This document shows positions 1 through 9,814 of a stretch of DNA of 64,000 bases, one piece after another (positions within the stretch are counted from its first letter, which is position 1; each line of letters opens with the position of its first letter). The notes beneath the pieces are model-generated. The model saw only the letters and a list, made by a program, of their open reading frames with translations, was not told the DNA's origin and did no database searches. The DNA is from an uncultured Gammaproteobacteria bacterium (GTDB taxonomy: Bacteria > Patescibacteriota > Patescibacteriia > UBA11705 > DATKZF01). The DNA lies in assembly GCA_964411255.1 (NCBI GenBank), contig CAYPKD010000003.1, positions 92,439 through 156,438 on the forward strand, read 5' to 3'. The translations under genes and the position numbers were made by a program.

Positions 1-779
1 AGCATAGTTAATATATCCACCACCCGATAAGCTGCGCCATATAATCCTACATCTGCTTCTGGCCGAACTAAAGACAAAATAATGGTATCTGTTTTTAAAT
101 ATAAGAGATTGCATGATATTGAAATGGCAATTGGCCAGCTTTTTTTCAAAATTTCTTTCCATACATCCCAATTAAATCTAACACGAAATTTAACATATCT
201 GGTTGCAGCCACAAATGATATAATCATATGCGTAAAACTGCCCAAAGTAATCATTAAAAAAATATTATATATGCCCAACTTAAAATACATGGCAATGGCA
301 ATTCCAGATAAAAGAATTATTCGTCCGGCAACCTCAGCCAAAGTGTAAATGAACATTTTTAATTCTTTTTGAAATACACTGGCTAAAATATTATTGACTG
401 AAATAAAGAAAAATGACCAGGTGACAATTAAAACTCCCCACTTTACTTCAATTGCATAAGGGAAAAACCAAACAACCAAAGGGGCAAGCCCCATAAAAAT
501 AAAAGATGACAAAAGCCGAATTGTCATCATATTGCTCATGTATTTATCAGCATCAATCCCAGGTTTGCCAAGTGTTCTGGTCGCAGTTAATGAAAGGCCA
601 AAATCTACAATAATTCCAAAAAAAGCTAAAAAAGCAGTTACTGTAATATATTGGCCAAAACCGTCTTTGCCCAGATACCGAGTCATTAAAGCAACTACCA
701 AAATTCCTAATATAGTAGTAACCACTTTGCCAATGTACTGGATTAATGTGTTGTAAGCAATTTTTTTCGTCAAGGACAT
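1..779 (-). CDS. Polysaccharide biosynthesis/MOP-family flippase (Wzx-like), partial; C-terminus runs off the window start
   Basis: Reverse translation from ATG (complement of 777-779) gives MSLTKKIAYNTLIQYIGKVVTTILGILVVAL..., a typical Wzx/MOP flippase N-terminus, followed by multiple hydrophobic helices. It is absent from the ORF track only because it is 3'-truncated by the window edge. Confidence 0.6.
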   Translation of the reverse strand, partial: MSLTKKIAYNTLIQYIGKVVTTILGILVVALMTRYLGKDGFGQYITVTAFLAFFGIIVDFGLSLTATRTLGKPGIDADKYMSNMMTIRLLSSFIFMGLAPLVVWFFPYAIEVKWGVLIVTWSFFFISVNNILASVFQKELKMFIYTLAEVAGRIILLSGIAIAMYFKLGIYNIFLMITLGSFTHMIISFVAATRYVKFRVRFNWDVWKEILKKSWPIAISISCNLLYLKTDTIILSLVRPEADVGLYGAAYRVVDILTM

Positions 780-897
780 AAGAATTTTCAACCTAGAATA
801 TTTAAATTTTTAAAAAATGATCAATTTACAATATACAAATGTTTGAAAATTTGATCATTGAAAATTATTTAAAAATTGTTAAATTGAAAATTAAAAA

Positions 898-1158
898 TTA
901 TTTTACTGGGTCATCCCCTCCCTTAGACCATGGGTTACATCTCATAATTCTCCAAATTCCTTTAGCGCAGCCTCGAATAAGTCCGTATTTTGCAATCGCC
1001 TGATAAGTATATTCTGAACAAGTTGGATGATAGCGGCAATAACCGCCAGGGAATAAATCTTTAAAGGGTCCGTGATCAAAAGAAAAAGTCCGTTGATAAA
1101 AACGAATCATTTTTAACCCAATTATCTTAGGATATTGAACAAAAGTATTTTTATCCAT
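898..1158 (-). CDS. yidD: Membrane protein insertion efficiency factor YidD
   Basis: 86-aa protein carrying the [19 protein letters not shown] hallmark. It overlaps the rnpA stop by 8 nt, the classic rpmH-rnpA-yidD order. Confidence 0.85.
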   Translation of the reverse strand: MDKNTFVQYPKIIGLKMIRFYQRTFSFDHGPFKDLFPGGYCRYHPTCSEYTYQAIAKYGLIRGCAKGIWRIMRCNPWSKGGDDPVK

Positions 1159-1519
1159 TTGTTTTGTAAAATTTTATTTTTTTCAATAAAGAATCTACTT
1201 CTTTTTCAAGATCATTAAAAGACAAATCAACTATTCCCTTTTTTGTAATAATTAAAATGTCATAACCTTGTTTAAATTTATTTAAATTCAACCGAAAAAT
1301 TTCTCTTAACCGTCTTTTTACTAAATTTCGCTTGGTGGCGCGTTTATCTATTTTTGTTGAAATTACAAAAGCAAAACGGCTTATATCTAAATCATTTTTT
1401 AAACTTTTTAAAATCAAATGATTGCTAGAGGCTGAATAACCTTTTGCCTTTTTAAATTCTGATCCAAAAAACTTATCAAAATCTGTCTTTTTTGTAATTC
1501 GATGTAATCTTTTTAACAT
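1151..1519 (-). CDS. rnpA: Ribonuclease P protein component
   Basis: 122-aa basic protein with the [25 protein letters not shown] RnpA motif region, located directly downstream of rpmH. Confidence 0.85.
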   Translation of the reverse strand: MLKRLHRITKKTDFDKFFGSEFKKAKGYSASSNHLILKSLKNDLDISRFAFVISTKIDKRATKRNLVKRRLREIFRLNLNKFKQGYDILIITKKGIVDLSFNDLEKEVDSLLKKIKFYKTNG

Positions 1520-1599
1520 AATTTAAATTATCGTATAAATCCATGCTTATTATAATTATATGCGATTCAGCGTAATAAAAAAAGATCACAGTAGTGATC

Positions 1600-1737
1600 T
1601 TATGCTGATAGTTTTTTTCTTCCTCTTGCCCGTCTTCTCTTTAATATATTTTTTCCATCCGTAGAGCTCATCCTGTTTCTAAACCCATGCTTTTTCTTTC
1701 TCTTTCTTTTCTTTGGTTGGTATGTTCTTTTTGGCAT
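1600..1737 (-). CDS. rpmH: 50S ribosomal protein L34
   Basis: Not in the ORF track because it is under 60 aa. Hand translation gives [45 protein letters not shown], the canonical L34. An inverted repeat agatcac...gtgatct sits just downstream. Confidence 0.85.
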   Translation of the reverse strand: MPKRTYQPKKRKRKKKHGFRNRMSSTDGKNILKRRRARGRKKLSA

Positions 1738-1894
1738 ATAATTTGTAATAATGAATCAATAGAAACATTCTATATTATATAACAGTTTTTGTCAATAATT
1801 GAAGGTAATATCCAGGGTACGATTTTATAAATTTGCATTATTCAAAAATTCCTATACAATGAATTTAAGATATGCACATCTCATTCACAGCTTA

Positions 1895-1935
1895 CTAACG
1901 AAATCCACATTTTAAAAATTTTATCCACAAATGTT
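1895..1935. promoter_or_regulatory. oriC-region DnaA boxes upstream of dnaA
   Basis: A perfect TTATCCACA lies at 1921-1929 with a near-box AAATCCACA at 1901-1909, in the AT-rich intergenic between rpmH and dnaA. Confidence 0.5.
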
Positions 1936-2041
1936 TTGTGATATAATAATCAAAGTATAAATCCCCCAAATTTAACTTACTACAATGAACATTAACTTCA
2001 TTTAAATAAAAACAAAAAAAGAATTAACCCCACTTTTCCCT

Positions 2042-3436
2042 ATGACACAAGATAACGAGCAACTCTGGCAAGCTGTGCTCGGTGAATTAGAGCTCAATTT
2101 AAGCAAAGCCAGCTTTACCACTTGGTTCAAAAATACTTTTATTATTGAAAATGAAGAGGGGCGTATTATTATTGGCGTCCCAAATACCTTTTCTCAGGCC
2201 TGGCTGAAACAAAAATACCACAATGACATTTCTAAAACTCTGCAGAATTTGACAGGACTAAGACTTAAAGAAATTTCCTATAAAGTCCAAAACAAAAAAG
2301 ATTTTAAACCAATTGAAAAAGAACCTGAACATAAAATTGAAATAAGTCAAACTGAAATTAAACAAAAAACAGCTGAGTCAAGCTATACGCAGCCGTCAAG
2401 CGAAGAACCACATCAAAACATAAACCCTAATTATGCTTTTGTCACCTTTATCGTTGGCAAAAACAATGAATTAGCTCAGGCTGCTTCTAAGGCAGTGGCT
2501 GAAAATCCAGGATTTACTTATAATCCTCTTTTTATTTATGGCGGAGTTGGTCTAGGAAAAACTCATCTTTTACAAGCAATTGGTAATGATATTGTTGAAA
2601 AAGACTCAAATAAAAAACTTCTCTATGTTACCTGCGAACAATTTACAAATGACTTTATCAATTCGATATCTGCCGGAAATACAGAAAAATTTCAAAAACA
2701 TTATCGTACCCCTGATGTACTGCTAATAGATGACATTCAATTTCTTACTGGAAAAGAAGGAACGCAGGAAGCTTTCTTTCATACCTTTAATGACCTGCAC
2801 CAAAGGAACAAACAAATTGTTATAACTTCAGACCGGCCTCCAAAAGCAATTGCTACATTAGAAGACAGGTTATTATCAAGATTTGAATGGGGAATGATAG
2901 CTGATATCTCACAGCCTGACCTAGAAACACGAGTAGCAATATTAGAAAAAAAATGTCAGGAGAAAAACTGCGAATTAGACAGGGACATAATCAACTACAT
3001 TACTCAAAACATTCAAAATAATGTCAGAGAATTAGAAGGGGCGCTAAATAAGATAATTGCCTATCATCAATTAAACAAAATTCCACCAACAATTGAGAAC
3101 GTAAAAAAAATAATATTTTCATTAAGCAATGCTGGTGGGCAAAAAGCTTCCATTACCCCTAAACATATGATCGAAACGGTCGGAAAGTTTTATGATATAA
3201 GCACAGATGACATAATTGGAAAATGCAGACAAAAAAGATTAGCTTTTCCAAGACAAATCATTATGTTTTTAATGAGAGAAGAAATGAGATCTTCTTATCC
3301 GTCAATTGGCCAAGAACTAGGAGGCAGAGACCATACAACCGCTATGCATGCCCATACAAAAATTTCAGACTTACTTGAAAATGATGAGAAGCTCAGGCAG
3401 GAAATAAACTTAATCAAGCAACTTTTATACCAATAA
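2042..3436 (+). CDS. dnaA: Chromosomal replication initiator protein DnaA
   Basis: 464 aa. N-terminal DnaA domain (WQAVLGELELNLSKASFTTWF), AAA+ Walker A GGVGLGKTHLLQAIGN, and a C-terminal DNA-binding domain. Confidence 0.95.
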   Translation: MTQDNEQLWQAVLGELELNLSKASFTTWFKNTFIIENEEGRIIIGVPNTFSQAWLKQKYHNDISKTLQNLTGLRLKEISYKVQNKKDFKPIEKEPEHKIEISQTEIKQKTAESSYTQPSSEEPHQNINPNYAFVTFIVGKNNELAQAASKAVAENPGFTYNPLFIYGGVGLGKTHLLQAIGNDIVEKDSNKKLLYVTCEQFTNDFINSISAGNTEKFQKHYRTPDVLLIDDIQFLTGKEGTQEAFFHTFNDLHQRNKQIVITSDRPPKAIATLEDRLLSRFEWGMIADISQPDLETRVAILEKKCQEKNCELDRDIINYITQNIQNNVRELEGALNKIIAYHQLNKIPPTIENVKKIIFSLSNAGGQKASITPKHMIETVGKFYDISTDDIIGKCRQKRLAFPRQIIMFLMREEMRSSYPSIGQELGGRDHTTAMHAHTKISDLLENDEKLRQEINLIKQLLYQ

Positions 3437-3559
3437 ACTGTTTATAGTCTTTGGACAAGTCTGTGTAGAAGATGTTCTTTAGTAAAACGATAAAAGTGGA
3501 AAACTTTTATGGCTAAAACTTATTAACTTTTCCTAAAAAAAAGCCACAGCTTAATACTC

Positions 3560-3650
3560 AATTATCCAACCACTTATTCACAACAATGACTTTAAAAATA
3601 ATCAATATAATTAAGATTAAATTAGTTTTACCACTCTATCCACAATATTA
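3560..3650. promoter_or_regulatory. DnaA-box cluster / probable DNA-unwinding part of oriC between dnaA and dnaN
   Basis: TTATCCAAC at 3562-3570 and CTATCCACA at 3636-3644 sit in a highly AT-rich spacer. Confidence 0.4.
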
Positions 3651-3699
3651 TTAATAAACTTATTATATATTTAAATATATTTTAAATTAATAATTAAAT

Positions 3700-4830
3700 A
3701 TGAAATTCATTTGTACGCAAGAAAATCTAAATAGGGGGTTGTTTATTACTGGTCACTTGTCAAACAAGAATGTTAACTTACCAATTTTAAATAATGTCTT
3801 AATGAAAATAAAAGACGGTATTTTAACATTGGCTTCGACAAATTTAGAAATAGGAATAAGTTGTTCTGTTCGTGGAAAATCCGAAAAAGAAGGTGAATTC
3901 ACAGTTGAATCAAAATTAATAGCTGACTTTGTTAATTTATTATCAAATCAAAAAGTTGAAATAGAATTAGATAAAGATGATTATTTAAATATTAGTACTG
4001 CCAATTCAAAAACCAGAATAAAAGGTTTACCATCAACTGACTTTCCAGTAATTCCTCAAATTGAAAAAAAAGATCCGTATATTATAAATATTAAAGATCT
4101 TCAGAAAGCAATATCTCAAACAATTTTTGCAGTATCGACAAATGAATCAAGACCAGAAATAAACGGTATTTTTATGAGCTTTCACAATGAAACTGGTAAA
4201 TTGACATTGGTTGCCACGGACAGTTACAGACTAGCTGAGAAAAAAATAGAAATTGCCGGGAATAGCAAAAAACAAGAATTTATTGTACCAGTAAAAACGC
4301 TGCAAGAGCTTCTTAGAATATTAACAGTTCTAAAAGATGAACCTGAGGCAGTAGAAAATGTAAATGTTTATACTTCTGAGAATCAAGTTTTATTTTCAAT
4401 TGATAACGGAGTAGAAATAATTTCCAGAACAGCAGAAGGGCAATACCCTGATTATAGGCAGATTATTCCAGGTGAAAATAAGACAAAGTGTACTTTAGAG
4501 ACAGCTCATCTTTTAAAAACAATTAAAACAACAAGTTTGTTTTCTAAGACTGGAATTTTTGATATCAATTTGGAATTTTTACCTGAAAAGAATAGTTTGG
4601 TAGTTTCTTCAACTAATAATCAGCTTGGAGAGAGTGTTGCTGAGATAGAGGTTGATTTTCATGGCGATAAAAACCAGTCAGTTATAAATTACAGATATTT
4701 GCTTGATGGTTTGAATAATTTAGACAGTGAAAAAGTATCGCTGGAATTAATCGACGGTAATGTGCCTTTAGTTATTAAACCAGCAGAAGATACCAGTTAT
4801 TTGTATATTGTAATGCCGATTAAACAATGA
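3700..4830 (+). CDS. dnaN: DNA polymerase III beta sliding clamp
   Basis: 376 aa, directly downstream of dnaA, with the three-domain clamp length and a typical N-terminus (MKFICTQENLNRGL). Confidence 0.9.
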   Translation: MKFICTQENLNRGLFITGHLSNKNVNLPILNNVLMKIKDGILTLASTNLEIGISCSVRGKSEKEGEFTVESKLIADFVNLLSNQKVEIELDKDDYLNISTANSKTRIKGLPSTDFPVIPQIEKKDPYIINIKDLQKAISQTIFAVSTNESRPEINGIFMSFHNETGKLTLVATDSYRLAEKKIEIAGNSKKQEFIVPVKTLQELLRILTVLKDEPEAVENVNVYTSENQVLFSIDNGVEIISRTAEGQYPDYRQIIPGENKTKCTLETAHLLKTIKTTSLFSKTGIFDINLEFLPEKNSLVVSSTNNQLGESVAEIEVDFHGDKNQSVINYRYLLDGLNNLDSEKVSLELIDGNVPLVIKPAEDTSYLYIVMPIKQ

Positions 4831-4921
4831 TAATGGAGTACATATCATGGATCAAATCTTAAATTACCAATTACTAATTACAAATTACAATAAATAAAAG
4901 ACACTGGAGTGATCCAGTGTT

Positions 4922-5335
4922 TTATAATGTCGCAGGCCAGGGTCTTGGTTTCTCAAAAGAAATAACACCTCTTACCCAGCAGAATGGCTCTTTCTGTCTA
5001 TCGATTCGCTGCTGAATTTCTTCTTTAGTAAGTATGTGTAATGATTCTTGATCTGGATGTTCAACACTCATATCAAAACCAATCCCTAGTTCCGGATTAA
5101 CCAAAAAACGATTTATCTCAACCACCTTATAATCCCTGTGAGGAAGTGTGTTTCTGACTTTTAATAAAAGATCTTTATCAAGGCAAACAGCAATTTCATC
5201 AGTTCCAGATATAAGAGCAGGATGAGTTCCCATACAACTATGATCAATTTTTAGAAAAAAGCCTGTGACTAGGCTGAATCCAGCTAAATCTTTATCTGTG
5301 AAATCCTTAAGTTTTTTTCTGTCCAGTTTTCCCAT
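4922..5335 (-). CDS. Hypothetical protein
   Basis: 137-aa ORF with no recognisable motif, located between dnaN and the tRNA cluster. Confidence 0.45.
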   Translation of the reverse strand: MGKLDRKKLKDFTDKDLAGFSLVTGFFLKIDHSCMGTHPALISGTDEIAVCLDKDLLLKVRNTLPHRDYKVVEINRFLVNPELGIGFDMSVEHPDQESLHILTKEEIQQRIDRQKEPFCWVRGVISFEKPRPWPATL

Positions 5336-5480
5336 TTTTTTATCTCCATTTTGAGGATTTGGTGATTATGAATAAATAAAGCCAAACCATTGTTTGACCT
5401 CCTATAATTAAATTATCTGAAATAGTATTAAAAATCAAGGTTTTTAAAAAATAAAAAAATACTTTTCTAAATAAGTATTT

Positions 5481-5509
5481 TATGGCCTGCCAGCCGAAGC
5501 TCCGAAGGC
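5481..5509 (-). repeat. Conserved GC-rich tRNA 3'-trailer hairpin element (copy 1)
   Basis: ggcctgccagccgaagctccgaagg lies immediately 3' of the tRNA-Leu CCA end. Near-identical copies occur at 5776-5810, 14879-14929 and 50035-50088 (plus strand). Confidence 0.6.
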
Positions 5510-5596
5510 TGGTGCCGGCGGACGGAGTCGAACCGTCACGGATTTTCATCCACAGGATTTTAAGTCCTGCGTGTCTACCAATTCCACCACGCCGGC
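5510..5596 (-). tRNA. tRNA-Leu(UAA), type II with long variable arm, CCA encoded
   Basis: Hand fold: acceptor GCCGGCG/CGCCGGC, anticodon stem CAGGA/TCCTG with loop CTTAAAA, T-arm GACGG-TTCGACT-CCGTC, discriminator A, CCA. Confidence 0.85.
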
Positions 5597-5609
5597 CTAC
5601 GCTTTCGCC

Positions 5610-5725
5610 TTACTCAAGCTTCGGCCGACAGGCCGGCCAAAGCGTAAACTTTACTCAAGCTTCGGCCGACAGGCCGGCCAAAGCGTAAACTTTACTCAAG
5701 CTTCGGCCGACAGGCCGGCTAAAGC
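5610..5725. repeat. Tandem 41-bp repeat, about 2.8 copies, between tRNA-Leu and tRNA-Gly
   Basis: The unit ttactcaagcttcggccgacaggccggccaaagcgtaaact is repeated head-to-tail and contains a cggcc-gaca-ggccg hairpin. A related motif lies in the tRNA-Gly 5' leader (5886-5945). Confidence 0.8.
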
Positions 5726-5775
5726 TGATTTTCTAAACTCCAACCCTCGATTCTCCGACGTACTGACAGGTGATT

Positions 5776-5810
5776 TGGCCTGCCAGCCGAAGCTCCGAAG
5801 GAGCGAAGGC
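5776..5810 (-). repeat. Conserved GC-rich tRNA 3'-trailer hairpin element (copy 2)
   Basis: tggcctgccagccgaagctccgaaggagcgaagg lies directly 3' of tRNA-Gly. Confidence 0.6.
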
Positions 5811-5885
5811 TGGAGCGGGTAACGGGAATCGAACCCGTATCTCTGCCATGGCAAGGCAATATAATAGCCATTATACTATACCCGC
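5811..5885 (-). tRNA. tRNA-Gly(GCC)
   Basis: Hand fold: acceptor GCGGGTA/TACCCGC, anticodon loop TTGCCAT, T-arm ACGGG-TTCGATT-CCCGT, discriminator T, CCA. Confidence 0.85.
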
Positions 5886-6088
5886 CTACGCTTTTCTTTG
5901 AAAAGCTTCGGCGGGCAGGCCCGCAACCGAAAAGCTTTTCAATATGAAAAGAGTAAGAATTATGTATTATTTATTTTATACTGATCTACCAATCTAATAA
6001 TAACATCAAATATTATAGCAAATCCACATAAAATGTCAATGATTAGTTGATTTATTAAATAAAAAACAGCCCTTTTTAAGTGCTGTTG

Positions 6089-6601
6089 TTAAGTGGATTT
6101 TGCATCTTTTAAACTAACATTATAATCAACAACTACAATTTTATTATCTATCAGTCTGATATAAAAGGCCATATGCGGAACTTTGGGAAATTCCAGCTTT
6201 AATATCTGTTTAACTTCCTCCACTGAAGGATCATCTTCAAACTCGAGCCATGAACCGTTTTCACTCGTATTTACAATATAGTCAGTATTGTGAAATGCTT
6301 TTTCCTCTTTTCTAATAACTGATCCTAATTGTTTAATTAGGAAATTTTTTTTACCAATTTGATTAATTTGGTTTTTTAAAAAAAATGCAAACACAACACA
6401 ACCGAGAGTACATAAGAAAAGCAAAGTAAAGAGCGGCCATACAACTTTAATAAATTTATCAGGAATTTCTTTAAAAGGATAAAGCAGAGTTATCATGAAG
6501 GTAAGGCAAATAATCAGAGTAAAGAAAAGACAATGTATGATATAATTTCTGAATAATTTGTCAATTTTATTTTTTTCAGAGCTGCTCATTTTTTCCTCCA
6601 T
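6089..6601 (-). CDS. Hypothetical membrane protein (2 TM helices)
   Basis: 170-aa ORF with an N-terminal hydrophobic region. Confidence 0.45.
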   Translation of the reverse strand: MEEKMSSSEKNKIDKLFRNYIIHCLFFTLIICLTFMITLLYPFKEIPDKFIKVVWPLFTLLFLCTLGCVVFAFFLKNQINQIGKKNFLIKQLGSVIRKEEKAFHNTDYIVNTSENGSWLEFEDDPSVEEVKQILKLEFPKVPHMAFYIRLIDNKIVVVDYNVSLKDAKST

Positions 6602-6654
6602 TGGTTAAACATTAAATAATAGTGTATTTATAATATTTTGTCAATTAAAGCAAA

Positions 6655-6686
6655 AAACCTTTTGAAAATATTCAAAAGGTTTTTTT
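6655..6686. terminator. Bidirectional intrinsic terminator
   Basis: Perfect hairpin aaaaccttttgaa-aatatt-caaaaggtttt flanked by A/T tracts, directly 3' of the second tRNA-Leu. Confidence 0.6.
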
Positions 6687-6772
6687 TGGTGCTGGGAGAG
6701 GGACTCGAACCCTCACGGCATTGAGCCAGGGGATTTTAAGTCCCCTGTGTCTACCAATTCCACCATCCCAGC
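6687..6772 (-). tRNA. tRNA-Leu(UAA), second divergent copy, type II, CCA encoded
   Basis: Hand fold: acceptor GCTGGGA/TCCCAGC, anticodon stem GGGGA/TCCCC with loop CTTAAAA, T-arm GAGGG-TTCGAGT-CCCTC. Confidence 0.85.
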
Positions 6773-6995
6773 ATTTTTATTTGATTTAGTATTATATCAT
6801 TTATATAAAAAATTGTCAATGTTTAATAATGTAATAAAAATTGCAATTTCCTATGAAAATAGCTTAAATTAGCAAAACCTTTGACAAAATTAATAAAAGA
6901 TGCTAGAATAATATGATACAAATCAGTCCGGAAATACTGGATTTGATCGTTTTTTTACAATAAAAACTATATATCGATAATGAAAGGAGTTAAAA

Positions 6996-8396
6996 ATGAG
7001 TGAGATGGACGTTAGGAAGAATCCTTCGGAGTTTGAAATTAAGATTTTGGGAAATAAGAAAAAAGTCGGTGCTGCTTGTTATGCTTACATTAAGTATCTG
7101 ACAGATGGTACACGCCAAATTATATTAATTGATTTTGGATCTGATCCATCGCGTTTTCTTGATATGGAAAATGGCAATGGTAATATTGACACCAGTGTTT
7201 TGCCTGATCTTGATTGGGTAAAAGAAAACCAAAAAGATATTATTGCTATTTTTTTCACCCATGGTCACATGGATCATATTGGTGGAGTGAGATTTTTGCC
7301 TCAAGAATTGCTTGAAAGAGTTGCTATGTTTGCGACGCCATATACAGCTACATTGTTGCAAGATGGAGATAGGGGTTTTCGTGGAGAAAGAAAGCAGCTG
7401 GTAAATATTACAACTTTTGACGCGCAGCTTCTTGAACCGATTGAAATCGGGGTTTTCAATGTAACTCCATTTCCTGTTCCTCACAGCGTTCCAGATGCTT
7501 GCGGCTATATGATTGAAACCAGAGATCCGATGAAAAAAGTGGTTCATATCACTGATTTCAAATTCAATGGTTTGGATCATACTGATAAGATGCGCCTGAC
7601 CAGAACTTTGGGCGCAATTGGCCGTCATATTATTGATACACTTGTTATTGAAGCTTTGAATGCTCGCTTTGAAGGATATACTCCTCAGGAGAATTTGACT
7701 TTTGAAGCAATTTTCAACCTGGTTGAAACCATTCCTGATGATAAGCGAGTGATTATTACCCATTTTGCTTCAAATGTGTATCGAATGCGGGCAATACTTG
7801 ATATTGCCAGATATACAGGTAAAAAATTTGCTCTGGACGGAACTGCGATGAAAAAACACTTCAAACGTGCTAAAGAGCATGAGTTCATTGATCGCGGCTG
7901 GCAGCAAACATTTCCAAATAATGCAAGAATGATCTTAGTTACAGGTTCTCAGGGAGAACCACAGGCGGTTTTGGCAAAAGCTGTAGATAACTTGATTGAT
8001 TTGGAAATTGATGAGAATGATGTGGTTATTTTCTCATCAAATGTTATTCCTGGGAATGAAGATGATTTTGTGGATTTGGTTCTGGATCTAGAAGATCTGG
8101 GTGCTACAATCTATGTGGATGCAAATTCTGATTTTGAAAATTTTGATGATTTGGATATTCACTTAGTTGAAAATCTTCATGTTTCCGGACATGGCAACTG
8201 GGCAGACAAACAGCGGGCAATTGAATTGATTCGTCCTCAGAAAAATATCCTAATGGTTCATGGTGAAGAATCAGATGAAGATGATTTTCGTAGCCGAATT
8301 GATGAATTGAAAAAAATTGAGGCTGAAAGTAAAACTGGTTCAATTTGGAGTCATCTAAAGGTGATCTCCAGTGAGATCGGATTAGTTTTGGTCTAA
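6996..8396 (+). CDS. RNase J-like metallo-beta-lactamase fold RNA hydrolase
   Basis: 466 aa with the HGHMDHIGG (HxHxDH) MBL motif. The N-terminal region resembles RNase J, but it is shorter than canonical RNase J. SD gaaaggag precedes the ATG. Confidence 0.6.
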   Translation: MSEMDVRKNPSEFEIKILGNKKKVGAACYAYIKYLTDGTRQIILIDFGSDPSRFLDMENGNGNIDTSVLPDLDWVKENQKDIIAIFFTHGHMDHIGGVRFLPQELLERVAMFATPYTATLLQDGDRGFRGERKQLVNITTFDAQLLEPIEIGVFNVTPFPVPHSVPDACGYMIETRDPMKKVVHITDFKFNGLDHTDKMRLTRTLGAIGRHIIDTLVIEALNARFEGYTPQENLTFEAIFNLVETIPDDKRVIITHFASNVYRMRAILDIARYTGKKFALDGTAMKKHFKRAKEHEFIDRGWQQTFPNNARMILVTGSQGEPQAVLAKAVDNLIDLEIDENDVVIFSSNVIPGNEDDFVDLVLDLEDLGATIYVDANSDFENFDDLDIHLVENLHVSGHGNWADKQRAIELIRPQKNILMVHGEESDEDDFRSRIDELKKIEAESKTGSIWSHLKVISSEIGLVLV

Positions 8397-8477
8397 TATA
8401 CTATAAAGACATTGTTAACAAGCAGTGTCTTTTTTAATTTTGGCATTTTTAAAGATTTAAGCTAAAATACATGTACT

Positions 8478-9494
8478 ATGTCAGATAATGAATCAAGAAT
8501 TTCAAATCCAAAAAGTCAGGCCAAGGAAAAAGAGCTTGAGTTATGTTTGCGACCCCAAATAATGGGTGAATACATTGGCCAGGATAAAGTTAAGGAAAAC
8601 ATCATGATTTCAATTGAGGCAGCAAAAAAGAGACAGGATCCGCTTGAACATGTATTGCTTTTTGGCCCTCCAGGACTTGGTAAAACCACTTTAGCTCATA
8701 TTATTGCCAATGAAATGGGCACAAATTTACGAGTAACCTCTGGTCCGGCAATAGAAAAGAGTGGAGATCTGGCAGCGATTTTAACAAACTTACAACCTGG
8801 GGATATACTGTTTATAGATGAGATTCATAGGCTTAACCGCAATATTGAAGAAGTTTTGTATCCTGCTATGGAAGATTTTTGTTTGGATATTGTCATTGGC
8901 AAAGGACCGTCAGCCAGAACTGTTCGATTAGATTTACCAAAATTTACATTAATTGGAGCTACAACAAAGATCAGCAAGCTTTCCTCCCCTCTCAGGGATC
9001 GTTTTGGTAATGTATATCGATTGGATTTTTATTCTGACAATGATATTGAAAAGATAATAATGAGAACTTCAAAAGTTCTTAATTGTAATTTTATAGATAA
9101 TTCTTCAATAGAAATTGCACAAAGAGCAAGAAAGACTCCCAGAGTGGCAAACCGGTTGTTAAAAAGAGTAAGAGATTTTGCTGAAGTGAAAAACGACGGT
9201 TTGATAAATACAAACATAACTAAACAGGCTTTAAAAATGCTTGAAATAGACGATTTAGGTTTGGATGAAATAGACAGAAAGATACTTTTGACCATTATTG
9301 AAAAATTTTCAGGCGGACCTGTAGGTTTAAATACTATATCAGCAGCTACCTCTGAAGAAATGGATGCAATTGAAGATGTATTTGAACCATTTCTCTTGCA
9401 GCTTGGCTTTATAAATCGCACACCGCGTGGTAGAATAGTAACAAGCAAGGCGTATGAACATTTGAATCTGCCGTTTAATAAGCCTGCATCCTGA
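8478..9494 (+). CDS. ruvB: Holliday junction branch migration ATPase RuvB
   Basis: 338 aa with [22 protein letters not shown] Walker A and the RuvB arrangement. Confidence 0.9.
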   Translation: MSDNESRISNPKSQAKEKELELCLRPQIMGEYIGQDKVKENIMISIEAAKKRQDPLEHVLLFGPPGLGKTTLAHIIANEMGTNLRVTSGPAIEKSGDLAAILTNLQPGDILFIDEIHRLNRNIEEVLYPAMEDFCLDIVIGKGPSARTVRLDLPKFTLIGATTKISKLSSPLRDRFGNVYRLDFYSDNDIEKIIMRTSKVLNCNFIDNSSIEIAQRARKTPRVANRLLKRVRDFAEVKNDGLINTNITKQALKMLEIDDLGLDEIDRKILLTIIEKFSGGPVGLNTISAATSEEMDAIEDVFEPFLLQLGFINRTPRGRIVTSKAYEHLNLPFNKPAS

Positions 9495-9553
9495 AATCCA
9501 AAATCTGAACTCTGAGGCCTTATCGTTTAACTTTTTTATATTTAACTTTCATT

Positions 9554-9811
9554 ATGTCAGTCGAAATTCCATTATATAGTTTTTTAATAATATATCTGGT
9601 GTATATTGGAATTTTTTTGATTTTTAGTTTGTTTAATATTTATCACCTGGTCAAGCACGGTTTTTCCAGTGTTTTTGTTTATGTCGTAATAATTTTGTAC
9701 ATAGTTATCGCTGCAGTCGTAGTTTTTATAACATATTATTATCTGCAAGATGTAGAGTGGAGCCAGGTTTTATCATTGTTATCTGAAAAATATAAAAGTT
9801 TGGGATTTTAA
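9554..9811 (+). CDS. Small hydrophobic membrane protein
   Basis: 85 aa with two predicted TM helices. Confidence 0.4.
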   Translation: MSVEIPLYSFLIIYLVYIGIFLIFSLFNIYHLVKHGFSSVFVYVVIILYIVIAAVVVFITYYYLQDVEWSQVLSLLSEKYKSLGF

Positions 9812-9814
9812 CAT

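Noticed and set aside
82-756. Plus-strand ORFs 82..348 and 532..756
   Set aside because: Antisense to a convincing Wzx-like flippase reading frame (MSLTKKIAYNTLIQYIGK...). The products are low-complexity and lack start signals.
7125-8343. Minus-strand ORFs inside the RNase J-like gene (7125..7763, 7685..7888, 8104..8343)
   Set aside because: Embedded antisense in a well-supported CDS, with no SD and non-protein-like composition.
9029-9448. Minus ORF 9029..9448 inside ruvB
   Set aside because: Antisense shadow ORF.
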